DNA of 64,000 nucleotides from positions 4,128,001-4,192,000 of the forward strand of contig OZ245006.1 of assembly GCA_965223545.1 (NCBI GenBank), written 5' to 3'. This document shows positions 53,432 to 62,473 of the stretch, in pieces. The DNA is from Planctomycetota bacterium. Lineage in GTDB: Bacteria; Planctomycetota; UBA1135; UBA2386. The position numbers and the translations under genes are program-made. The notes beneath the pieces were generated by a model that saw only the letters and a program-made list of their open reading frames with translations, was not told the origin of the DNA and searched no databases. Each line of letters begins with the position of its first letter. The first letter of the stretch is position 1.

Positions 53432-54511
53432 TCAGCGCGTCTCGTGACCGCGCGCGCTGACCGGCACGATGTCGATCAGCGCATCGTCTTCGACCAGGAC
53501 CGCTTCGTCGGCGAGGTTGACGGTCGGGCAGACGTGCAGCGGCGCCAGCTGAATGAGGGTGCCGGGCGCCGGCGCGGGCTCGGCGTCGACGTGCAGCGGC
53601 AAATGCTCTTCGCTCGGTGTTTGCGGCGTCAACGAGGGCCAGCCCTCGACCTCTGCACACGGGTCGCCGGCAGCGGCGTCGATCGCCTTGGAGCCGGCGT
53701 CGCAGGTGACGCGGTCGCCACCGGTGCTGCTCACCACCCGGCTCAGCACGTGCACCGCCCGCGCAAACCCGTCCACGCCCAGCTGTTCGGTGCGCAGATC
53801 GGAGTAGACGATCGTGCCGGGACTGACGCGGTGCGAAAGACCCGAGAAGCCATCGAAGGCGAGCGCCTGACGGTAGGTGGGTGTTCCGCTGGTGATGATC
53901 TCCCGAGGTTCGAGCTCGAGCTCCGCGAGGACCCGCAGCAGCTCTCCGTAGATGCGCCCGCAGTGCGCGGCGCGGTCTTCGGGTGTCTCTTCCAGGACAT
54001 GGCCGTCGTAGAAGTGCACGCCTGCCAGCGCACCCTCGCAGACCCCCAGCGTCTGCCGCAGCCGGTCGCGCTCCGCGAGCGGAATGCCGGTCCGGTGATA
54101 GCCGGGGTCGAGATCGACGAACAGGCCGACCCGCGGCGCCGCGTGCCTGACTTCTTGTGCGTGTCCCGACTCTTCGGTGAGCACCGAGAGCCGGTGCTGG
54201 GGATGCTCCTTGGCGAGCGCGGCGATGCGCCGCAGATTGGCGCCGCGATGGGCGTAGGCAACGAGCAGGTCGACCGGAGCTTCGGCCCGCGCCAGCAGCA
54301 CGGCGGCCTCGCGGGTCGTGGCGCACTTGAAGTGGCGCACGCCGGCCTGCAGCAGGAGGTCCATGACCTGCCCGACCTTGCTGGTCTTGATGTGGGGGCG
54401 CCAGCGATCGATGCCCGCGTCGGCGATGGCGCGGGCGATGTTGGCTCGCACGCGGTCGAGGCGGATCAGCAGGGCCGGCGTCTGCAGGTTGTCGAACGCG
54501 GTCGGGTCCAA
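53432..54511 (-). CDS. D-threonine aldolase / DSD1-family PLP enzyme
   Basis: TPAL, WRPHIKT, HRTG, HFYDGH, DAGSKA, SEEH, HVCPTVNL. Confidence 0.88.
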   Translation of the reverse strand: MDPTAFDNLQTPALLIRLDRVRANIARAIADAGIDRWRPHIKTSKVGQVMDLLLQAGVRHFKCATTREAAVLLARAEAPVDLLVAYAHRGANLRRIAALAKEHPQHRLSVLTEESGHAQEVRHAAPRVGLFVDLDPGYHRTGIPLAERDRLRQTLGVCEGALAGVHFYDGHVLEETPEDRAAHCGRIYGELLRVLAELELEPREIITSGTPTYRQALAFDGFSGLSHRVSPGTIVYSDLRTEQLGVDGFARAVHVLSRVVSSTGGDRVTCDAGSKAIDAAAGDPCAEVEGWPSLTPQTPSEEHLPLHVDAEPAPAPGTLIQLAPLHVCPTVNLADEAVLVEDDALIDIVPVSARGHETR

Positions 54512-54534
54512 GGCAGCCGTCCCGCGTATTCCGG

Positions 54535-56718
54535 TCAGAGCAGGCGCTCGATGGCGTCGATGCGCACCGTGAAGCTGCCGTGCTCGGACGGCAGCTCGGC
54601 AGTGTCACCGATGATCTTGCCGAGCAGCGGCTGGGCTGCCGGCGCGAGGTAGTTGACGGTGTCTTCGTCGACGCAGTCCCATGGCCCGAGGACGCGGACC
54701 GTGCGGCTCTGGCCAGTGCCGGTGTCGGTGTAGGTCACGGCCGTGCCAGGGGCGACCACATCGGACGGCACGGCGACGTCCTCGATCAGCTTGGCCTTGC
54801 GCAGATCGGCGTCCATCATCGATGCCCGGCCAGTGAGGTTGCGCTGCTCCTCCATCGCGGCCTCCCACTCGCTGTTCTCGCTGAGGTCGCCGAGCTCGGC
54901 GGCCGCGCCGATCGCCTTGGCATTCGCCGGGATCAGCTCTTGCGTCAGCTTGTGGTACTCCTCGCGCTTGGCCTCGAGGCCGGCGCGCGTGACGTAGATG
55001 GCGTCCTCTTGCCAGTACGGCTTGTCCGGCTTCGCGGTCAGATCCGGGAAGCGCTTGGCCACCGCGCGCAGTACCGCGTCGTTGATGTCGGTGGGGAAGT
55101 CGGGCCCACCGCGCTCGCAGATGCCGAGGAAGGTCGACATGTCCTCGCGCGTGACGTCCTCGAGGATTCCCTGCAAGAAGCGTCGCCGGCCGGTGAGCAG
55201 GCTCGACACGCGGGTCAGCAGCCGCGCGGTTTGCTGTTCGCTGCGCGGGCGGTTGGCCAGCACTCGGGCGAGATGGAGCAAGACCCGCGCGACGGCGACC
55301 GGCTGGGGCGCATCGGGCTCTTCGGCGAAGTGTCCGTCGGCGAACGCGCGACCCAAGAGATAGGTCATGACCGGGTGGCGGCCCGGATACGGCGCCACCG
55401 ACGGCCACTGGCTCACCAGCTGACCGCCCTGGCCGCGGTCGACCAGCAGCTGGATCACCGGCTCGACGACGCTCACCGGCAGGCGGGTGGCGCGATCCGC
55501 GCAGAGCGGGGCCCAGTCTTCACCGAGCGCATCGGGCAGGATCCGCACCGCGTGCAGGCGCGCGTCCTGCGTGTGCAAGAGGTCGAAGTGGCTCGGCTCG
55601 AACGGGTCGTCGCCGTTGGCCAGCATCGCCCGCAGCTCGTCCGTCGCCGACGTCGTCGGGTGCGGTCGGTTGTGCTCCTCGAGCAGCAGGATGCCGTCGA
55701 GGAGATGTGCGTGGCTGCTGGTGCTGGACTGCGCCGCGGCGGCCAGGCGGTTGGCCGCCAGGTCGAGGATCGCGTCGCGGCTGCCCTGGTCCGAGGTGCG
55801 CTCCAACGACTCGCGCAGCAGACCGATCTCCTGGCCTAGATCGTCGCAATGGCGCAGCTTGCGCTCGACCTCGTCGGCCAGTGACAGCGGCCGCTTGCGC
55901 AGCTCGAACACCGGTCGGGTGGTGCTCCCCTCGACCTGCAGATACGGATCGACTGCCGCGGCGGCCTTGGCCTTCTTCCAGAAGGAGGCCCACTTCTTGG
56001 TCGGCACGATCGCCGGCGACAGCGATTGCTTGACCTCGGTGCTGGTCACCCGGCCGCGGTAGATCTTCGCGCATTTGCGAATCAAGATGGACGGCTCGTC
56101 GGCGACGAGCCGTTGCAGCTCGTCCATCTGCGTCAGCGCCATCGCGCGCAAGTCGTCTTCCGCCAGCGGGGTCATGCTGTCGAACGCCGTGGTCAGCGGT
56201 ACCTCGTGCGTGCGCCCCGAGGCGAAGCGAATGGTCAGCTCGCGCTGGTTGGGGTCGAAGGCTTCGATCAGTCCTTCACCCCAGCCGCCGCGGTGGTAGA
56301 CGACGTGGCCCTTGGTGTAGCGGCGCATCTTGTCGAACTGCTCGAGTGCCTCGCCAGTGACCGAGTCGCCGGCAACGCCCGAGAGCTCGGCCACCATCCC
56401 GTACCACGCCTCGTCGCCGAAGCGCTGCTGGATCAGCTCGAGGAGGCGTTGCGCGAACTTGTCGTTGTGTGCATCACGCCGCACCAACGCCATGCCGACG
56501 TCGATGGCAGCCTCGACGCGCTCGGAGCCGGCGAGCGATTCGGTCAGGCTCTCGGCCAAGGTCAGCGCGCGGCTGGCGTGGTCACGGTCGCACAGAGCGT
56601 TCAGTGCGCGACAGAACGGGGTAATCTCGGCAGGGTCGGTGGCGGCTTCGCTCCAGGCCAAGTCCAGCTCATCGAGCCGGTCCTCCTGCGCGAGTTCGAC
56701 GAGGCTGGTCTGCGTCAA
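54535..56718 (-). CDS. greA: Long GreA/GreB fusion protein (start uncertain)
   Basis: C-terminal Gre domain (AAELGDLSENSEWEAA, LGPWD, YLAPAAQPLLGK) after a large helical N-terminal region. Confidence 0.85.
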   Translation of the reverse strand: MTQTSLVELAQEDRLDELDLAWSEAATDPAEITPFCRALNALCDRDHASRALTLAESLTESLAGSERVEAAIDVGMALVRRDAHNDKFAQRLLELIQQRFGDEAWYGMVAELSGVAGDSVTGEALEQFDKMRRYTKGHVVYHRGGWGEGLIEAFDPNQRELTIRFASGRTHEVPLTTAFDSMTPLAEDDLRAMALTQMDELQRLVADEPSILIRKCAKIYRGRVTSTEVKQSLSPAIVPTKKWASFWKKAKAAAAVDPYLQVEGSTTRPVFELRKRPLSLADEVERKLRHCDDLGQEIGLLRESLERTSDQGSRDAILDLAANRLAAAAQSSTSSHAHLLDGILLLEEHNRPHPTTSATDELRAMLANGDDPFEPSHFDLLHTQDARLHAVRILPDALGEDWAPLCADRATRLPVSVVEPVIQLLVDRGQGGQLVSQWPSVAPYPGRHPVMTYLLGRAFADGHFAEEPDAPQPVAVARVLLHLARVLANRPRSEQQTARLLTRVSSLLTGRRRFLQGILEDVTREDMSTFLGICERGGPDFPTDINDAVLRAVAKRFPDLTAKPDKPYWQEDAIYVTRAGLEAKREEYHKLTQELIPANAKAIGAAAELGDLSENSEWEAAMEEQRNLTGRASMMDADLRKAKLIEDVAVPSDVVAPGTAVTYTDTGTGQSRTVRVLGPWDCVDEDTVNYLAPAAQPLLGKIIGDTAELPSEHGSFTVRIDAIERLL

Positions 56719-56892
56719 GGCGAATCGAGTTTCACGACGAGGGCGGATATCGGGCGGAAGAACATAGCCACCCGGACAGTCGCGGCCAACCCGCGAGCGC
56801 CGATCCTTGCCCGGCCGGGCGCATTTTGTGCCCCATGCTCCGCCGCGCGGCACCGGGGCGGGCCAACCCGCGGCCGGATATTGGGTGCCCGA

Positions 56893-57474
56893 TCAGTCCG
56901 TCAGCCGGCCGACCAACGTGTCCAGGTCGTTGGTCGTGCACGACTCGTCGTAGACCGCGAGGGGCACGTCGTCGATGATCTCTTCCGGGGCGACGAAGAT
57001 GACGTAGAACTCGGGTCCCAGCCGGCGCCGGAACGCGGCGATCTTGCTGAGGGTCAGGCCCTGGGTCTCGCTGGCGGCCTCGATGACCACGGTCTTGCCC
57101 TCCCGGCCGCGGCCGCGGAGGACCACCATCGGGGCGTATGCCGCGACCTTGCCGTCGTCCAGCTCGACCTCGAAGTGCCGGGGCGAGTGGCTATGGGTAA
57201 TCCCCGCCCTGGAAAGCTTGTCACACAGCGATTGCTCGATCTTCGAGCTCAGGACCCGGCCACCACAGCGGCCATAGCCGACGCCGCGGACGGTGCCGCC
57301 GCTCATCAAGACGTCGTCTTCGTCGTAGTCCAGCGTCGCCCGCGGGACCGAGGGAGCTTCCACGGCGGCTTTGGCGCGCGAGCGCGTGGAGCGCCGCGAA
57401 CGCGCCTTGACGGCCGACGCGCCGGCCGGCGTGGATGTGGAACGAGCCTTTTTGGTGACTGCTTTTCGAGCCAT
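56893..57474 (-). CDS. Hypothetical protein: basic N-terminal tail plus nuclease-like fold
   Basis: GGGAGG RBS; MARKAVTKKARS...; SKIEQ...LSRAGI...YAPMVVL...VIEA. Confidence 0.7.
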   Translation of the reverse strand: MARKAVTKKARSTSTPAGASAVKARSRRSTRSRAKAAVEAPSVPRATLDYDEDDVLMSGGTVRGVGYGRCGGRVLSSKIEQSLCDKLSRAGITHSHSPRHFEVELDDGKVAAYAPMVVLRGRGREGKTVVIEAASETQGLTLSKIAAFRRRLGPEFYVIFVAPEEIIDDVPLAVYDESCTTNDLDTLVGRLTD

Positions 57475-57756
57475 CGCAATCCTCCCGACCTAACGAGGAG
57501 CGAACCGCGGAAATGCGGATCGAGACCGATGTTTGTTTCCGCCCGGGTGCGAGTAGTGGGGAACGGCCGGTCACCCTAACGCAGCCCTTCGGGGAGCGAA
57601 AGTGGGGGGGTTCCCCGTCGGACGCGCCGCCGGGCGAGACGCCGCGCCGGGGAGCCGCACCCGCCGCGCCGAGATCGTCGTAAGTCATTGCTGCGAACAC
57701 CACAAACTGTTTCGGTTGACGGTTTGCCCCGGCTCGGCCATGGTCGGCGGTCGGTG

Positions 57757-58296
57757 ATGCGGTCGCCCCTGGGTCTGTTTGCCGTCGCGGTCTTTGCAGT
57801 GTTGGCCACCGGTCTCGCCATGCGGCTCTGGCCGTGGACGCCCGAGCGGGCGTTGCGCGCGATCCTCGACGGCGATCTCGATCGAGCGGGGCGGCAACGC
57901 GCGCTCGAAGCGGTGCTCGGCGCGGTCGCCGGGGCCGCCGATGCCAGTCCCCAGCGCCGGATCCAGGCCGGGATGGCCGCGCTCGAGCTGCAGCGGCGCG
58001 CCGACTTCGACGCTGTGCTCGGCGCCGGTGCCGCCCCGGGCGAGGTGCCGGCCGCGGTCCGCGACGCCGGTGCCGCGCTCGCCGCCGCGGCTCCTGCCGG
58101 TCAGTCGGCGCTCGACGAGCTGGCCCTGGGCGTGCCCTACCTCGAAGACCTGTTGCGCGCTTGGTTGTTGCTGCGGGACGGGCGTGCCGACCGGGCGATC
58201 GACGCCCTCGAGCGCGGCCGTCGCTCCGCGCAGTTGTACGAGGCGCAGGAAGTCGTCGCGCTGATCGACGAGCAGCTGCAAGCGCGGCGGGAGTGA
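57757..58296 (+). CDS. Hypothetical membrane-anchored helical protein
   Basis: N-terminal TM; fills the gap between flanking genes. Confidence 0.6.
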   Translation: MRSPLGLFAVAVFAVLATGLAMRLWPWTPERALRAILDGDLDRAGRQRALEAVLGAVAGAADASPQRRIQAGMAALELQRRADFDAVLGAGAAPGEVPAAVRDAGAALAAAAPAGQSALDELALGVPYLEDLLRAWLLLRDGRADRAIDALERGRRSAQLYEAQEVVALIDEQLQARRE

Positions 58297-58311
58297 GCGC
58301 GCGGGCGGCGG

Positions 58312-59871
58312 TCAGCCGGGACCGGCCGGCTGGGCCCGCCGCCGGAGTCGGTTGCCGACCGCCAACCGAACCTTGCGGCGGAGGTCGACGAGATAGGTCT
58401 CCAACTTGCGGGTCTCGCGGCCGCGCGCGGCGTTCCAGAGCAGCACGGGGACGCGCCACGGCCGGCGGGCGAAGGAGGCACCGTAGAAGTTGGCGAGGAT
58501 GCGGTACTTGAACAGCGTCAGCTGCCGCGCGGTGAGTGCCGTGCAGTAGTTGTTGGCCGGCAGCAGCCGTTCTTCGTTGGCGAAGATCGGCGTCATCAAG
58601 AAGTCGTCATCGAGCGCGATGCGCCCGCTGTCGCGGAGCTCGTGGTACAGCTGCGTGTTGGGGATCGGAAAGAAGAAGCCGACCGCGACGTCGTCGATGC
58701 CGGCCAGCGCCAACCGCCGCGCCAGGGCGGCGGTCTGCTGCAAGTCGTCGGCGGTGTCGTGCGGGAAGCCGATGACGATGAAGGCGGTGACGTTGAGCTT
58801 GTGGCGCACGGAGGCGCGCACTGCGTTCATCAACGACTCGGTCTTCATCTGTTTGCGGATCAACTTGCGGGTGCGCTCGCTGCCACTCTCCGGGGCCAGC
58901 GCCAGCGAGCGGCCGCCGGTGCGCGACAGCAGAGCCGCGACCTCGTCGTCGATGACTTCGCAGCGCGTGCCGGACGGAAACTGCCAGGTGATTCCCAGGG
59001 CGCGCCGCTCGAGCTCGCGGCAGAACGCCAGGATCCAGTCGCGCTTGAGGATCGCGGTCAAGTCCTGAAACGGGAAGTTGGTCGCGCCGTACGTGTCGTG
59101 GTAGTGCTGGATCTCGTCGACGACGTCGATGGGATCGCGCGGATACCACCGCGTGGTCCACATGCTCGGCGAGGAGCAGTACGTGCACTGGTAGGGGCAG
59201 CCTCGGGTCGCCAAGATCGGGATGGTCTTGCCGGCCTTGATGCCGTTGACGTAGTCGTGCGCGTTGTAGGTGTCGATGTCGAGCAGGTCCCAAGCGGGCC
59301 AGGCAATCGCGTCGACGTCGCGCCGGCGTGCGCGCGGCTTGCTGCTGCGCACCGGCTCGCCGTTGGCGTCGCGATAGACGATGCCGTCGACGGTGGCCAA
59401 ATCGGTGCCCTTCGCCAGCGCGTCCAGGAGCTCGACCGCGCCCTCTTCGCCCTCGCCCAGCACGATGCAGTCGATGGGGGCCTGCTGCATGGAGTGTTCG
59501 GGCAGGCCGGTGAAGTGCTCGCCCCCCGCGATCAGGATCGCCCCGGGACGCGCCGCTTTGATCTGGCGGATGATGTCGCGCACCAGGGGCCACGAGAAGG
59601 ACCACATGTTGGTGATGCCGATCACGTCGACGTCCGGTCGCAGTCGCTCGACGATCTGCTCGGTGCGCAGCCCCAGCGCGTAGAGCTGGGTGTTGCTGCG
59701 GCGGGTGACCTGTTCCGGCGCGGCGGCGACCGCGTCCAGAACGTCGACCTCGTGCCCCGCCTCGCGCAGCGCCGCCGCGACGTAGGCCAGACCGAGCGGC
59801 AGGCTCGGCCTCAGCGCGGTCATCGCGTGGACGTTGAGGTAGACCGGCGGATGGATCAGCTGGACCAGCAT
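58312..59871 (-). CDS. B12-binding radical SAM protein
   Basis: PLGLAYVAA, GGEHFT, GEGE, TRGCPYQCTYC. Confidence 0.93.
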   Translation of the reverse strand: MLVQLIHPPVYLNVHAMTALRPSLPLGLAYVAAALREAGHEVDVLDAVAAAPEQVTRRSNTQLYALGLRTEQIVERLRPDVDVIGITNMWSFSWPLVRDIIRQIKAARPGAILIAGGEHFTGLPEHSMQQAPIDCIVLGEGEEGAVELLDALAKGTDLATVDGIVYRDANGEPVRSSKPRARRRDVDAIAWPAWDLLDIDTYNAHDYVNGIKAGKTIPILATRGCPYQCTYCSSPSMWTTRWYPRDPIDVVDEIQHYHDTYGATNFPFQDLTAILKRDWILAFCRELERRALGITWQFPSGTRCEVIDDEVAALLSRTGGRSLALAPESGSERTRKLIRKQMKTESLMNAVRASVRHKLNVTAFIVIGFPHDTADDLQQTAALARRLALAGIDDVAVGFFFPIPNTQLYHELRDSGRIALDDDFLMTPIFANEERLLPANNYCTALTARQLTLFKYRILANFYGASFARRPWRVPVLLWNAARGRETRKLETYLVDLRRKVRLAVGNRLRRRAQPAGPG

Positions 59872-60032
59872 GCGAGTCGGGGGAGGGGCGGCCCCGGGGA
59901 TGGCGATCCGAGCATAGCGGCGGGCGGTGCGCGCAGCGGAGGCAAACGTCGCCGGCGTGGCGCGGTCCCCTGCGGGCCATGGCGCCGGCGGTTCGGGCGG
60001 CTTCCAGCGCCCCGCCGGCGGACCGCGCGGCG

Positions 60033-60821
60033 TCAGTCCAGCTCGAGGCCGCGTTCTTCTTCTTCCGTGATTCCCTCGCCGAAGCTCTGGCCCAAGTAGA
60101 CGCGCCGCACGTCTTCGTTGGCGATCACTTGTTGTGGCGAACCCTCGGCGATCACTTGACCCTGTGCCAGGATGTACGCGCGGTCGGAGATGCGCAGCGT
60201 CTCGGCGACGGCGTGGTCGGTGATCAGAATCGCGATCCCGCGCAGCGACAGGTCGCGCAGGATCTTCTGGATCTCCTCGACGGTGATCGGATCGATGCCG
60301 GCGAACGGCTCGTCCAACAAGAGCAGGCTCGGTTGGGTCGCCAATGCACGGCTGATCTCCAGCCGGCGGCGCTCGCCGCCGGACAGCGTCGCGCCCATCG
60401 ACGTGCGCAGGTGCGTCAGCTGCAGCTCCTCGAGCAGCGCCTCGGCGCGCGCCAGCCGCTCGGCGCGCGGCACGCGGCGTGCCTCGAGGACGGCGAGCAC
60501 GTTGTCGAGCACGCTCATGTTGCGGAACACCGAGGCCTCTTGGCTCAGGTAGCCCATGCCCCGGCGCGCGCGCCGATACATCGGCATGCGCGTGACGTTC
60601 TTCAGGGCGCGGTCGGCGGCGCCAAACATCACCTGGCCGGCGTCCGGGGTGATCATGCCGACCACCATGCGGAACGACGTCGTCTTGCCGGCCCCGTTCG
60701 GGCCGAGCAAGCCGACGATCTCACCACGACAGACGCTGAGACTGACGTCGTCGACCACCCGCCGGCGCCGATAGGTCTTGGTCAGTCCTTCGGCGCGAAG
60801 GATCTCGACCGCGGCGCTCAT
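60033..60821 (-). CDS. lptB: LPS export ABC ATPase
   Basis: GLLGPNGAGKTTSF, MPMYRRAR.GMGYL.QE.SVF, LSGGERRRLEI, LDEPFAGIDP, ITDH. Confidence 0.95.
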   Translation of the reverse strand: MSAAVEILRAEGLTKTYRRRRVVDDVSLSVCRGEIVGLLGPNGAGKTTSFRMVVGMITPDAGQVMFGAADRALKNVTRMPMYRRARRGMGYLSQEASVFRNMSVLDNVLAVLEARRVPRAERLARAEALLEELQLTHLRTSMGATLSGGERRRLEISRALATQPSLLLLDEPFAGIDPITVEEIQKILRDLSLRGIAILITDHAVAETLRISDRAYILAQGQVIAEGSPQQVIANEDVRRVYLGQSFGEGITEEEERGLELD

Positions 60822-62473
60822 CGAATGAAGCCGAGGCGGAACGGCGAGAACACCGGCCAGAAGCCGAGCACCGGCCGGCCGAGCACGTGCTCTCTGGGCA
60901 CGAAGTAGATGTGCTGCTCCGGCGCCGTCCAGGTCGAGTTGGACGCCAGGTCGAGGAACTGCATGTTGCCGGGATCGTACGCCGGTCCGAGCTTGCCTTC
61001 GAGCGCGAACACCTCGCCGTTGTCGTCGGTGAACGCGATGCGATCGGGCGCGCGGCCGGGGCTGCGCACGATCACCGGGTTCTCGTCGACGTCGGGCTTG
61101 CCGTTGAGGTCCCACGGTCGCTTGTTGCCCTTGATCACGCGCACGCTGTCGTCGGTCTGCGCCTTCAGCGGGTCGACCATCGTGCCGTCCTCGGTGACGC
61201 CGACCGACAGCACCTTCCACTGGCGCGAGTCGGCCGACGCCAGGGTGTTGTCGCCCATCATCAAGAAGTGGTCGGCCGGCACTTGGATCACGTGGTTGAG
61301 GATCGAGCGGTCCATGCCCTCGGGCACCAGGTTGAGCAGGTCGTCCTCGATGCCGGCGGTCACGTAGTGCAGGTCGCGTTCGACCTGTAGCTCCTCGAGG
61401 CGCAGCTCCTTGGCGCCGCGCACGTCCAGGCGCAGCGACACCTGGCCGGGTTCCAGCAGTCGCAGGACGCGGGCATCGCCGACCTCGAGCTGTGCTGCTT
61501 CGTCACCGTCGACCGCGGCGAGCAGCCGGTCGTCGAGGTGCGCGAAGGTGAGGTGCGTGGCCTCCCCCGCGGCGAGCGCGCAGTCGAACGCCTCGCTGAC
61601 CGCGACCTCCTCGTCGCCGCGCTGGATGCGCAGCACGGCCTTGCCGCCGCTCGCCCGCAGCTGGAAGCGGCGGACGGGGTGGCCGGCGGGCTCGAGCCGC
61701 AGCTCGACGGTGAGCTGCTCGGGTGCGGCCGTCGGCACGATGGTGAATCCGAAGCGCACGTCCTGCACTCCCTCGCGGCCGCCGCCGCTGTCGCCGGCAG
61801 CCATGATCTCGGCGGCGATGTAGCTCGGATATCCGTCGTAGATCTGGTTGGCGAGGCCTCGGTGCTGCAGGTCGGTGAACGTCAGCTGCGCGCGCCCGGC
61901 CGCCTTGCCGATCAGCGCCTCGCCGTCCTCGGTCCAGGTGCCGAACGTGCCTTCGAAGAACTTCGCCAGCACCGGCGGGGTGCCGCCGCGTTCGATCTCG
62001 ATCTCGCGCCGCAGCGGATAGACCGTCTTCCACAGCCCGGCTTGGATCGCGTCGGGCTTGCGGTGGACGTGCGCGACCTCGCCGCTCTCGTCGACGTGCC
62101 AGAGGTTGCCGCCGGCGATCCGCAGCCGGTCTCCGCCGACGCCGACGATGCGTTTGACGTAGTTCTGGTTGCGCCGGATCGGATAGCGGAACACGGCCGG
62201 ATCCCAGCGCTCGGGCTCGAACACCTCGTAGCGCAGCTTGTCGACCAGGATGCGGTCGAAGACGCCGGCCTCGGCCGAGCCCATCAGGGTCGGCTGCATC
62301 GACGACGTCGGAATCTGATACGCCTCGATCACCATCGGCTTGAGCAGGACCGCCGCCAGGATGGCGACGCCGAACGCCTCCAAGTTGTCGCGCCACGGGC
62401 GCTTGGGCTTGGCGACGGCGGTCTTCGGATCGGTCGCGGGGGCGGCGGCGCTCGCCGGGACGGTGTCGGTCAT
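60818..62473 (-). CDS. lepB: Signal peptidase I with large insertion
   Basis: IPTSSMQPTL (Ser), YVKRIVG (Lys), MMGDNTLASADSR; follows lepA. Confidence 0.92.
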   Translation of the reverse strand: MTDTVPASAAAPATDPKTAVAKPKRPWRDNLEAFGVAILAAVLLKPMVIEAYQIPTSSMQPTLMGSAEAGVFDRILVDKLRYEVFEPERWDPAVFRYPIRRNQNYVKRIVGVGGDRLRIAGGNLWHVDESGEVAHVHRKPDAIQAGLWKTVYPLRREIEIERGGTPPVLAKFFEGTFGTWTEDGEALIGKAAGRAQLTFTDLQHRGLANQIYDGYPSYIAAEIMAAGDSGGGREGVQDVRFGFTIVPTAAPEQLTVELRLEPAGHPVRRFQLRASGGKAVLRIQRGDEEVAVSEAFDCALAAGEATHLTFAHLDDRLLAAVDGDEAAQLEVGDARVLRLLEPGQVSLRLDVRGAKELRLEELQVERDLHYVTAGIEDDLLNLVPEGMDRSILNHVIQVPADHFLMMGDNTLASADSRQWKVLSVGVTEDGTMVDPLKAQTDDSVRVIKGNKRPWDLNGKPDVDENPVIVRSPGRAPDRIAFTDDNGEVFALEGKLGPAYDPGNMQFLDLASNSTWTAPEQHIYFVPREHVLGRPVLGFWPVFSPFRLGFIR

